Shown: positions 29,901-38,223 of the stretch, piece by piece
How positions within the stretch are numbered: position 1 is the first letter of the stretch
Layout of the letters: each line of letters opens with the position of its first letter
Assembly (NCBI GenBank): GCA_019419725.1
Contig: DXZL01000001.1
Span: forward strand, 1 to 45,170
Length of the DNA: 45,170 nucleotides
Direction: 5' to 3'
Source of the DNA: Veillonella sp.
Lineage (GTDB): Bacteria; Bacillota; Negativicutes; Veillonellales; Veillonellaceae
Notes under the pieces: model-generated
Told to the model about the DNA's origin: nothing
Seen by the model: only the letters and a program-made list of their open reading frames with translations
Database searches by the model: none
Made by a program: the position numbers and the translations under genes

Positions 29901-31267
29901 ACCAGATCGGTAAGTTGATTATTCTTTCCCAAAACATGGACTTCTCCATCAACTGTCCCTGTAATAGGCATCGTCAAATCTTGTGTGAAAGTATCTAACG
30001 ATAAAGCATGAACATTAGCAATGGCGTCAAAATCACCTGTATCTACGACGTATTGACCTTTAACTTTAGCATTACCAGCGCCAATAGATAATTGAGCATC
30101 ATCGATGCGAACCAATCCATTATCGTATACTACATTTCCTTGTACGCGGTCCACACGGTACCCTTTATAAGAAATACCATCACTGCCTATAGTTGCATCT
30201 ACCCGCGGCGCTACAGTAGTGCCTCCAATATGAGCACGACCACCGACAATACCAGTAACCCCCACATCGGTAATGGCTTCTAGATTCACCTTATCCGCTA
30301 CAACATTAAGGTTGAGATATTCTTCGGCTTTCCCCAATGTAATAAGACCATTGAGCTTCGCTGCTTGATCATTGATACGCCAAGAGCTATGGCTAATAAC
30401 AATTTGGTCATGATTGAGCATAATACGACCTTCACCATCAGTGATGGTATACATCGTATTGCCCCGCTTATAAGTGCCTGTTAAACCTTTAAAGCCAACA
30501 TTGCCACTCATAATATATTGTCCATCTTCACTCTTAACATTGAGATGTAAATCTTGTAATTTCCCCTTCGTTACAACAAGATCTTCGCGCAGTGGAACAA
30601 AGCTCATAATACCAGCAGTATCAATTTCATCGGCTTGTACAAAGACATCAAAATTAGACACATCGTCCATATCTATTTTGCCATTTACAAGAACAGATGA
30701 ACCATCTACATCGGCAGTAAATGCCCCTTTGGACATACCACTCATATTAAGAGCAACGGTGCCATCAAGTTTTTCAATATCGCGTTTAACGCCATCTTTA
30801 GTGCGCAGCGCTACATGACCATTATTAATGGTAATATCACCATCAAAACTACCCGATTTATTCGGATCAGATGGTTTAACTAACTTTTCTATACTCCAAG
30901 ATCCATCGTTCAATTGCCATATGTGAAGATCAGGTGCATCCACGGTAACATTGGATATAGCTGTCGCCCCTGATGTGTTACCCCCAATTATACTTGGTAA
31001 TGCAGATAGTTTAACCCCAACAGCTACATCTTGTGCCGTCCCTACTAAGTGACCATCCCGATCTTTAATCACCACATCTGATAAAACTACATCACCATTC
31101 CAATTGATACGAAGAGAATCATAGTCCACAGATCCGTTTATGGTATTATTTACTTGTTCTTTAACCATAGGTTCTACATAGGTCTTAGCTATAGGGTTTA
31201 TACTAGCACCAACTGCAGATAATCCTAAAATTGCAGCCCCTATGAGACACCACTTTTTACGGGTCAT
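26981..31267 (-). CDS. tamB: TamB / AsmA-like (DUF490) trans-periplasmic protein
   Basis: 1428 aa, N-terminal TM, recurring G..(x)P.V.G beta-taco pattern, C-terminal LSSNPSLSRKQIISMLTFG and terminal beta strands ending in F; upstream of bamA. Confidence 0.92.
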   Translation of the reverse strand: MTRKKWCLIGAAILGLSAVGASINPIAKTYVEPMVKEQVNNTINGSVDYDSLRINWNGDVVLSDVVIKDRDGHLVGTAQDVAVGVKLSALPSIIGGNTSGATAISNVTVDAPDLHIWQLNDGSWSIEKLVKPSDPNKSGSFDGDITINNGHVALRTKDGVKRDIEKLDGTVALNMSGMSKGAFTADVDGSSVLVNGKIDMDDVSNFDVFVQADEIDTAGIMSFVPLREDLVVTKGKLQDLHLNVKSEDGQYIMSGNVGFKGLTGTYKRGNTMYTITDGEGRIMLNHDQIVISHSSWRINDQAAKLNGLITLGKAEEYLNLNVVADKVNLEAITDVGVTGIVGGRAHIGGTTVAPRVDATIGSDGISYKGYRVDRVQGNVVYDNGLVRIDDAQLSIGAGNAKVKGQYVVDTGDFDAIANVHALSLDTFTQDLTMPITGTVDGEVHVLGKNNQLTDLVGAIQGHQIGVRGVVLDSVKADLTHSDNLTNITMVGNMGTGSFSGYGSIQNGQVDATISGNALPLTSLSSIIGEDVAGTVSTSINVKGALDNPNVTGTVWGQEVLYKGAHFNDIHSDITLDNHVLTITNGHIGDGSGGYDITGWYNINTDALDLNAKARAVRIENLIRPVTDIPITGWFETDNHITGTVANPIVEGRAHLWDGSAYGKLITNAFAKYNYKNERLELYRFDIEGYGATITGGGTVSKEAINIDFEGKKIDMGRLLINTDYKVDGLLAGRGTITGSMDNPQFNGYILSDALSINGQLLTDIHGHVYADKSVVNVQDFSFAESNGGRYVAKGGMKLDDSKQLFGVLDVTNGSVKNLLALLDRANEHLDGQLNGSVELGGSKDNPSVTVNGKISDVTIDDKVVGDATIDASLANRKFKITTLKLPVDEGLIAMGGTLDLDGQTDLQVALKDVDIVPFLPLIGKDIQATGWVTGVVNVTGETKNPKVELSGAVESGSFNGIGIDEGFALATMQDHVIQIQRIQGAKGGYKLSIYGKIPLAALYTSGYLEASDAKSMDVTIDFNEADMAVIPLVTTRVKDATGPLKGAIRLTGTIDQPEAYGTVSVRNGTMKLANVDNEITGIDGDLIFSGQQGDFQSRINMGKGSAGLAAKVNWSGHELTNYKAAVQLDGLDVRSEYVRGPLNGELYIAERDGLPTLIGNLDLENIQFKIPLSLQSSESSTNMGVDVNIHAGKGVRLYDRTLYNMFIGGDVHFGGTLQNPTASGQFDVKSGTFKYLSHVFNITKGNAHFVGGSYLPNLQLEAETNVSNYNILLGVKGTVDHMDLTLSSNPSLSRKQIISMLTFGRGADSNSSTLTNDDVNAVATAGLQMFAFGYVQDALQNTLGLDRINITTGSIDPDEPTNRETAGNYNIEIGKYIVPKVMLTYSQGINNKQNKYGVEYSVKRNLKFTAWRTSQGNNYLGGRWTRSF

Positions 31268-31480
31268 AATGATCTCCCATACACATTATGAATAAAATAA
31301 ATATATATACTAATCTTACCACACACACAGTAATAACTATAGTATTTTAAGGGTAAATTTTATAAAACTAATATATTTTTTTACTAATCATTTTCTACAA
31401 TAACTACAGATAAAATTATTTAAACATTACCATAACATAAAAATGAAAATATACAATGAATCTACGCTCTATAAATCTAT

Positions 31481-31512
31481 AAAAAAAAAAGACGACCGAA
31501 GTCGTCTTTTTT
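31481..31512 (-). terminator. Terminator after tolC
   Basis: Minus strand GACGAC-TTCG-GTCGTC (cUUCGg tetraloop) followed by T10. Confidence 0.92.
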
Positions 31513-31521
31513 AGTATCCAA

Positions 31522-32982
31522 TTATTGATTACCACCAAGTTGTGCTAGTTGTTCAGCTGCACCACTGTTTGCAATAATTCCTGCGCCTTGTCCAACTGGA
31601 GTATTCAATGGAACACCTGTCAATTGTTCAAGAGCTGCAATGCTAATATTGTAATTATAAAGAGCTTGTACATAGTTATTACGAGCATCTGTTAATTTAG
31701 TTTCCGCATCGAGTACATCAAGGTTTGTACCAACACCAGCACGATAGCGAAGTGTAGCAATACGGAAGCTTTCTTGACCTTGAGCGACTGCAGTTTGAGT
31801 GCTTTGGATTGTTTGCTCTGCAGAACGCAAGTTCAAGTATGCTTTTTGTACGGCTAATAATACAGCATCAACAGTAGCTAAATTAGCTTCTTTCGCTTGT
31901 TCAAGTTGTGCATTGGCTTTTTTAATAGCATTTTGTGTAGCACCGCCGTCCCATAAACTCCAGGATGCAGTAGCACCTACACTCCAAGATTTTGTACTTG
32001 TTCCAAAGTAACCATCTGGATCAGCATAGCCACGACCTGCTTTTACTGCTACAGTTGGTAAATAACCAGATTTAGCAGATTTTACAGCTTCTTCTGCAGA
32101 TTTTACATCAAGGGCAGATTTTACAAGAGCAGAACGATGAAGCAAAGCATATGCTTTAGCTTGTTCCAATGTAATATTATAAGGTTTATATTGTAAATCA
32201 TGTTCTGCCGTATTAATAGCTGTTTGTACAGGATATGCAATGACTTGATTTAAACTTGCTTCTGCTAAATTTGCAGCATTTTGAGCTTTAACAAGGCTCG
32301 TTTCAGAGTCAGCAAGATTTGTTTTAGCAGCCAACACATCAGAACTAGCTACCAAGCCAACATTATATTGAGCTTGCACATTTGTTACATGACCTTGGTA
32401 ATCTTTAACAGCTTGTTGAGCTACATCAACAAGATTACGGTTCATGATCAATGTGTAATAGCCACTAATAGCATCGTATTTTGCTTGTTGCAATGCTTCT
32501 TCATAGCTAGCGCCAGTACCTTCACGGGTATAACGTGCAGAATCAATACTTGCATCAAGTTGAGGATTAAATACAGGAGCACTAATGGAGAAGTTATGGC
32601 TACCGGATTTACCACGTCCAGTATCACCGCCTGTTTTTTGAGCAGACCACCCATAGCTAACACTAGGGTTCTTAGCTGCTGCTACTTGACTAACTGCAGA
32701 TTTAGCAGCTTCATAACCCCATTTAGTTTGTTTTGCAGTACGGTTATTCGCCAATGCCAAATCTATAGTACGAGACTCATCGAGGTCCAATTTGCTCTCA
32801 TATGTTTTGCTATCTTGAACAGATTTTTCAGCTAATTGCTTTTGTGTTAATTGAATAGCTTCTTTTTGATATTTGCTTAATTGGTCTCCATTATTAACGG
32901 AAGTTGTAACTACATCAGCAGCCATTGCACCTGTAGTAGCTAAGGAGAGCATTACACCCAAGGATAAAACCTTTTTATTCAT
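31522..32982 (-). CDS. tolC: TolC family outer membrane channel
   Basis: Signal peptide and two OEP repeats (AQYNVGLVASSDVLAA; LRYRAGVGTNLDVLDA; YLPTV...WSLWDGG). Start moved to ATG 32982 (GGAGGT RBS). Confidence 0.93.
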   Translation of the reverse strand: MNKKVLSLGVMLSLATTGAMAADVVTTSVNNGDQLSKYQKEAIQLTQKQLAEKSVQDSKTYESKLDLDESRTIDLALANNRTAKQTKWGYEAAKSAVSQVAAAKNPSVSYGWSAQKTGGDTGRGKSGSHNFSISAPVFNPQLDASIDSARYTREGTGASYEEALQQAKYDAISGYYTLIMNRNLVDVAQQAVKDYQGHVTNVQAQYNVGLVASSDVLAAKTNLADSETSLVKAQNAANLAEASLNQVIAYPVQTAINTAEHDLQYKPYNITLEQAKAYALLHRSALVKSALDVKSAEEAVKSAKSGYLPTVAVKAGRGYADPDGYFGTSTKSWSVGATASWSLWDGGATQNAIKKANAQLEQAKEANLATVDAVLLAVQKAYLNLRSAEQTIQSTQTAVAQGQESFRIATLRYRAGVGTNLDVLDAETKLTDARNNYVQALYNYNISIAALEQLTGVPLNTPVGQGAGIIANSGAAEQLAQLGGNQ

Positions 32983-33024
32983 AATATGTACCTCCATACT
33001 CACCTAAAGTGAATGTATTAGTCT

Positions 33025-34284
33025 TTAAAATACTTGTTTGATACCAAAGTAGGTACCGCCATTCGTGGAACCGAACGGTCTGGTCATTTGAATAACCCCA
33101 TAAGTATCTTTATGTAAACGTATATCACTACGAATACGATATTTACGATGATTAAGATCATACATAGCAGCAGACAAGGATACAGGACCACGTAAATTAT
33201 AATCTACGCCCACACCCAATTCACTTTCAAAAATACCACCACGTACTAACCATTTCGGACTAACAAATTTTCCTGCATTTAAATCGAATTTTGTATCATC
33301 CCCAATATTGGATAGTCCAATTTCTGCCATACCTTTATCATTAAAAGCACGAACACGACCATTGATACGGAATTCATCATCTGTTGTGTTATATAGTAAA
33401 TCTACAGATGGCTCAACTTTAGTTGATGACTTTTTTTCAACATTATTCCCGTCTGCAACATTACCATTTACATCAGTTTGGTACGCTTTACCACCCATCA
33501 ATTTATTGATACGAGCAGAAATTTGTGCCGTATTATGTAATGTTTCCTTAATATTTTCTTGTGCTTTAGGATCTGTTACTGTAGATTCCATAGAACGAGC
33601 CATATTATCTACACGATCCGTAGTTTGTTTTAAATTAGTCAAAATAGCGCGCATATCATTGCCTGCATTACCATCTGCATTAAATTGTTGAGCAGCTTGA
33701 TTTAGCTGTGCAGTTACATCAGCCATATTTTGTGTAATCGCTACAGCATTATCAGCCATCGTTGCAGTAGATTGCAGGGAGTGCTTAAGTGCATTTTGCG
33801 TTGCTGGATCACCAATAATATTATTGATAGATTGCAACATTTTTTCGGTGCCATCCATTAGTTTTTGAGCGCTTTGCATCGCTTTATCCATAGCGTCTGC
33901 ACCTTCGCCCTTAACAGAGTCACCATCTTGTAAATATACTGTAGAATGACCAGGTGAAATTTGGATAAATTTATCGCCTAAGAAACCATCTGACCCTAAA
34001 GTAAATATAGAATCACTTGGGATTTGTGTTTTTTCATCAAGCTTCATTTTTACTACCACACCATGCGGTGTAATCTCTATATCAGAGACATTACCAATGG
34101 CCACACCTGAGTATTTAACTTGATTGCCATTTTTTAGACCATTAACTTGAGCAAAATCACCAGTAATTGTCATTTGCGGCTTAGCCCATATATCAATGCG
34201 GCCTACAAACAGTATGCCCGCAATAAATAATGCTATACCTATTATCGTGAAAGCCCCTACCTTGGCCTCCGTCGTCCACTTCAT
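33025..34284 (-). CDS. mlaD: MlaD/MCE protein with helical stalk and C-terminal beta-barrel
   Basis: EAKVGAF TM, MCE domain (VNGLKNGNQVKYSGVAIGNV, GFLGDKFIQISPG), about 135 helical residues, amphipathic strands ending YFGIKQVF. Confidence 0.93.
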   Translation of the reverse strand: MKWTTEAKVGAFTIIGIALFIAGILFVGRIDIWAKPQMTITGDFAQVNGLKNGNQVKYSGVAIGNVSDIEITPHGVVVKMKLDEKTQIPSDSIFTLGSDGFLGDKFIQISPGHSTVYLQDGDSVKGEGADAMDKAMQSAQKLMDGTEKMLQSINNIIGDPATQNALKHSLQSTATMADNAVAITQNMADVTAQLNQAAQQFNADGNAGNDMRAILTNLKQTTDRVDNMARSMESTVTDPKAQENIKETLHNTAQISARINKLMGGKAYQTDVNGNVADGNNVEKKSSTKVEPSVDLLYNTTDDEFRINGRVRAFNDKGMAEIGLSNIGDDTKFDLNAGKFVSPKWLVRGGIFESELGVGVDYNLRGPVSLSAAMYDLNHRKYRIRSDIRLHKDTYGVIQMTRPFGSTNGGTYFGIKQVF

Positions 34285-35042
34285 TATACCTCTCCCATCA
34301 CAGATACGTTAATTGGTTCTGCTTCACCATGAATAAACTGTTGTACCTTTTTATTTGTAGAATTCTTAAAGTCTATTGTATCAGAAATTTCCACAAATTT
34401 CCCCTTATCAAGTAAAGCTATGCGGTCTGCTACATAAAATGCAGATTGCATATCATGCGTTACAACGATAGAAGTACAACCGAGCCGTTGCTGCATTCCC
34501 TTAATCAACATACTAATCGTACCTGATGTAATAGGATCTAACCCGGATGAAGGTTCATCATAGAGAATTAAACTCGGATCTAACGCTATGGCACGAGCTA
34601 AGCTAACACGCTTCTTCATGCCTCCAGATAATTCGTTAGGCATATAGGATTCATACCCTTTTAAACCGACCCAATCGAGTCGCTCTGCTACAATGCGTTT
34701 TATTTCATCATCTCCTAAGTCCGTATGCTGACGTAAGCCAAAGGCTACATTTTCACCTACCGACATAGAGTCAAATAATGCAGAGTATTGGAATACCATC
34801 CCCATTTTTCTTCGTACTGTATTAAATTCATCTTCAGATAATGTTGTAATATCTGTGCCATCTACTATAATCTGTCCCGATGTAGGACGCTGCAAGCCAA
34901 TCAATAAGCGAAGTAGTGTACTTTTACCACTACCACTACCACCTAAAATGACTAACGTCTCCCCATCATCGATGGTGAGATTAATAGAGTCTAAAATCAC
35001 ACGCGACTCATAGGCAACTACAACATTGCGTAGTTCTATCAT
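34284..35042 (-). CDS. mlaF: MlaF ABC ATPase
   Basis: GGSGSGKS, FQYSALFDSM, LSGGMKKRVSLARA, YDEPSSGLDPI, VTHD. Confidence 0.95.
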   Translation of the reverse strand: MIELRNVVVAYESRVILDSINLTIDDGETLVILGGSGSGKSTLLRLLIGLQRPTSGQIIVDGTDITTLSEDEFNTVRRKMGMVFQYSALFDSMSVGENVAFGLRQHTDLGDDEIKRIVAERLDWVGLKGYESYMPNELSGGMKKRVSLARAIALDPSLILYDEPSSGLDPITSGTISMLIKGMQQRLGCTSIVVTHDMQSAFYVADRIALLDKGKFVEISDTIDFKNSTNKKVQQFIHGEAEPINVSVMGEV

Positions 35043-35062
35043 AAATCCCTCTAATGTATCTA

Positions 35063-35824
35063 CTAATATAACAAGGTAGATAAAAAGTAATTTAATACAA
35101 ATACTAAAATGATACTAGTTACTACAGAACTAGTTGTGGAGAAACCAACCGCTTCAGCGCCCATTTTAGTTTCCATCCCCTTGTAAGCACCTACCAATGC
35201 GATGACAGCACCAAATACGCTAGATTTCACAAGACCTAGTGTAAAGTCTGAAATGGTAGAAAACATTTGAATAGAATCTAAATAAGTACTTGGCGCCAGA
35301 CCTTTGATAGTAGTAGCTACAAAGTAACCACCTGCAATACCAATGACTACACCATAAAATGCCAAAATAGGCACCATAATCATACATGCTACTACACGAG
35401 GCACCACGAGATAACCAACAGGATCGACAGCCATAACACGTAGCGCATCAATTTGTTCAGTTACCTTCATTGTACCAATTTCAGCCGTGATAGCGGCGCC
35501 AACACGGCCGGCCAGTACAACCCCTACTAAAATAGGTCCTAACTCACGCCCCATAGCAACAGCCATAAGACCACCCACAGTGCTTTGAGCTCCATATGTA
35601 ATTAATACATCTGTAATCTGTAAAGTCATAACCGCCCCTGCAAATAGTAGCGTTAAGCTAATAATCGGCAATGAATCTACACCTAGGTGAGCCATCTGCT
35701 GGAATACATGCCACAGATTAATCATTTTCAGTTGTTTTATTGTTTGCCACACTAATAATGTAGCACTACCCATCTGTGATAGGCCGTGTATTACAACACG
35801 ACCTATCGATTCAAGCCAATTCAA
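35063..35824 (-). CDS. mlaE: MlaE ABC permease
   Basis: GVDSLPI, RELGP, AGRVGAAITAEIGTMKVTEQIDAL, GAEAVGFSTTSSVV; TTG start. Confidence 0.96.
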   Translation of the reverse strand: MNWLESIGRVVIHGLSQMGSATLLVWQTIKQLKMINLWHVFQQMAHLGVDSLPIISLTLLFAGAVMTLQITDVLITYGAQSTVGGLMAVAMGRELGPILVGVVLAGRVGAAITAEIGTMKVTEQIDALRVMAVDPVGYLVVPRVVACMIMVPILAFYGVVIGIAGGYFVATTIKGLAPSTYLDSIQMFSTISDFTLGLVKSSVFGAVIALVGAYKGMETKMGAEAVGFSTTSSVVTSIILVFVLNYFLSTLLY

Positions 35825-35855
35825 CAGTCTAGCCCTTTCCCCTTACATTTTCAGC

Positions 35856-37838
35856 TTATTCAGCTGCATTAGTATCATTTACTTTAGATTCATCCTTTTT
35901 ATCAGGTGTTTTTGTGTCTTGTTTATCAGACTTTTTCACATCTTTTTTACTGGATTTATCCTTTTTTGATTGGTCTTCCAACTCTAATTTATGTTCCATC
36001 TTGATTTGATTTTTAACTTCTTTTACGCGTTTAGCTAGTGCTTTATCACGATCAGCTGGCTTCATAACATGAATTGTAAATTGACCATCACCTTGAACGA
36101 TGTACTCTGTATCAATAGCAGTCTTTTCGATTTGATTGTCATCATCCTTATTGGAACCCAAATCTTCTTGACCAATTTTTTTCTTTACATCCCCTGGCAT
36201 AGGTTTTGATTCTACATCTTTAAGTTTCGCTTTTTTAACAGATTTGGAACCATCTTCATCAACAAGGCTAATGCCATCTTCTAAAAACTCTACAACGATT
36301 TGATTATTCGTATCAGTCTTTTGAATTTCATCATAAAGCTCATCAAAATCTTTATGAACTTTTAATCGACGTAAGATTTCATCAGTTAAATTGTATTTTT
36401 GTTTTTCTAATACATAAGGTAATGGGATTTCACCGCCCCCACGCACCTCTAAGGTATACTGACCAACAGCTTGATCTTCAGGAACTTTAAAGAAGATTTG
36501 TTTAACAACCTTCTCCCCGCGGAATGGCTCCAACGTTACATCTACAACGATTGTATCCCCAGGAGAAACAATGGTAGAAGATGCAGACGCATCAATAAGC
36601 TTTGCAGTTTTCTTATCTTGTGTCACCTCAGTTTCTACAGAGATATCAGAGATTTCATAATTAATGAAGCGGTTATTCATAAGAACATCGATAACATTAT
36701 AGAACTCATCAACAGCCTTCTCTGAGATAGAGTCAGAACTATAGAACATATTAGTTCGTGTTAACGGTTTATGTTCTTTACCTCTTGGAGTAATAGTATA
36801 AGAAATTGTAGCTGTACCAGCGCCACTACGATCTAATGTTTTATTCAACATATTATATAGAGATGTAGCCGCTAAAGTCGGTGTCATTTCACTATCTTCA
36901 ATGACCTTAACAGAGCTAGTTTTATCACGTCCCATATCAAGGTCTTTCAAATGGAATCGCATAGGGATCCCTGGAGAAATCACACCAGAAACACCTGCAA
37001 TACCAGCACCTCTATCTTCAGTTACAGAGCCAACTTCCTTGCCCATAGAGCCCAATTTGAAAGCAGCATCATAACTTTTAACTACTGTAAAGATGCTTGC
37101 ATTATGCATGAAGTAGTTTGAGGAGCCATGTTTTAAGAATGGATGACCAAAGGCAACAATCTTTTCCCCATCTACATAGGTAACAGTACCAATGGCACCA
37201 AGTTTTAGATCACCATCAACTAATAATGCGGCTACAGAGCCACCAGCCTCTAAAGGTTTTGCAGTTTCATCACCACTAGCACTAGCCGTATCATATGTTT
37301 CATATTTATATTGTGGCAACTTGGATTTGAAGTAATCCATGGATGCTGCATCAAAGCCATAAGCCATAAGTGGCGTGCCAAGAGGAATCAATTGTTTATC
37401 ATCCCATGGTCTAGATAGGTTCTTCTCATATGGAATATTCCATAATTTCACCATATCTTCAATAGGGGTAATCATCCCGATCGTACCGTCTGCAAACCCC
37501 CAACCATAGGCAACAGCACCAACGAGCTTGCCATTTATATATACAGGACTACCACTCATGCCATGAGCAATGCCTCCAGTTTTTTCCATAACAGGACCAG
37601 AGAACTTTGCCAAAATAAGATGACCAGATGGCCCCTTATCCTTCATGACACCCAGTACCTTTACATCAAAGGTTGAAATGGTATCTCCTACAATTACAGT
37701 TTTTGCAATACCTTCCATACCTGTAGTTACATCATTGACAGGCATGAAATCAACAGCCTGTGCAGCTGTAAGTGAAGTACAGAAGAAAAGCGCCAGTATC
37801 GCTTTTCTATACCGACGCCAAGAATGAGAAAACTTCAT
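35856..37838 (-). CDS. Secreted SpoIVB-like peptidase S55 domain protein
   Basis: Signal peptide ending AQA, TGGIAHGMSGSPVYINGKLVGAV, AIGTVTY...AFGHP; K/D-rich tail. Confidence 0.87.
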   Translation of the reverse strand: MKFSHSWRRYRKAILALFFCTSLTAAQAVDFMPVNDVTTGMEGIAKTVIVGDTISTFDVKVLGVMKDKGPSGHLILAKFSGPVMEKTGGIAHGMSGSPVYINGKLVGAVAYGWGFADGTIGMITPIEDMVKLWNIPYEKNLSRPWDDKQLIPLGTPLMAYGFDAASMDYFKSKLPQYKYETYDTASASGDETAKPLEAGGSVAALLVDGDLKLGAIGTVTYVDGEKIVAFGHPFLKHGSSNYFMHNASIFTVVKSYDAAFKLGSMGKEVGSVTEDRGAGIAGVSGVISPGIPMRFHLKDLDMGRDKTSSVKVIEDSEMTPTLAATSLYNMLNKTLDRSGAGTATISYTITPRGKEHKPLTRTNMFYSSDSISEKAVDEFYNVIDVLMNNRFINYEISDISVETEVTQDKKTAKLIDASASSTIVSPGDTIVVDVTLEPFRGEKVVKQIFFKVPEDQAVGQYTLEVRGGGEIPLPYVLEKQKYNLTDEILRRLKVHKDFDELYDEIQKTDTNNQIVVEFLEDGISLVDEDGSKSVKKAKLKDVESKPMPGDVKKKIGQEDLGSNKDDDNQIEKTAIDTEYIVQGDGQFTIHVMKPADRDKALAKRVKEVKNQIKMEHKLELEDQSKKDKSSKKDVKKSDKQDTKTPDKKDESKVNDTNAAE

Positions 37839-37850
37839 TCCTTCTCTCCT

Positions 37851-38135
37851 TTATTTACTTTCTACTGTGACAACGATTTGATCACGAGAAACGTCTGAAC
37901 CCACTGTAACATTAACCGCCGTTACAGTACCAGTTACAGTAGATTTAGCAGCAGCCATAGGACCAGCCAATGTCTCTACAGTCACCAATGTTTGGCCTTC
38001 TGTTACAGAAGTACCAACAGAAACTGTAGAAGCAACTTTACCTGTTAATACACTTTGGTATGATACAGGGGCCGCCATTACAGAGCTAACACTTAAAATG
38101 CCTAAAGCAGCTAAGGCCAACACTACTCTTTTCAT
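37851..38135 (-). CDS. Small secreted biotinyl/lipoyl-like (barrel-sandwich hybrid) protein
   Basis: Signal peptide ending VMA; two half-motifs GKV...VSVGTSVTEGQTLVTVE and GTVTAVNVTVGSDVSRDQIVVTVE; strong AAGGAGG RBS. Confidence 0.8.
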   Translation of the reverse strand: MKRVVLALAALGILSVSSVMAAPVSYQSVLTGKVASTVSVGTSVTEGQTLVTVETLAGPMAAAKSTVTGTVTAVNVTVGSDVSRDQIVVTVESK

Positions 38136-38173
38136 AACGATCCCTCCTTTTACAAAATTAGTTATGTATTTAT

Positions 38174-38202
38174 AGTATACTAAATTATTACTAATATTTC
38201 AA
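38174..38202 (-). promoter_or_regulatory. SigA-type promoter heading the lipoyl-like/S55/mlaEFD/tolC operon
   Basis: Minus strand TTGAAA-17 nt-TATACT, about 40 nt upstream of ATG 38135. Confidence 0.68.
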
Positions 38203-38223
38203 ACAAAATTGTATGCAACGAAT

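Noticed and set aside
31481..31490. A10 homopolymer as a phase-variation tract
   Set aside because: It is the U-tail of the tolC terminator and lies outside any coding region.
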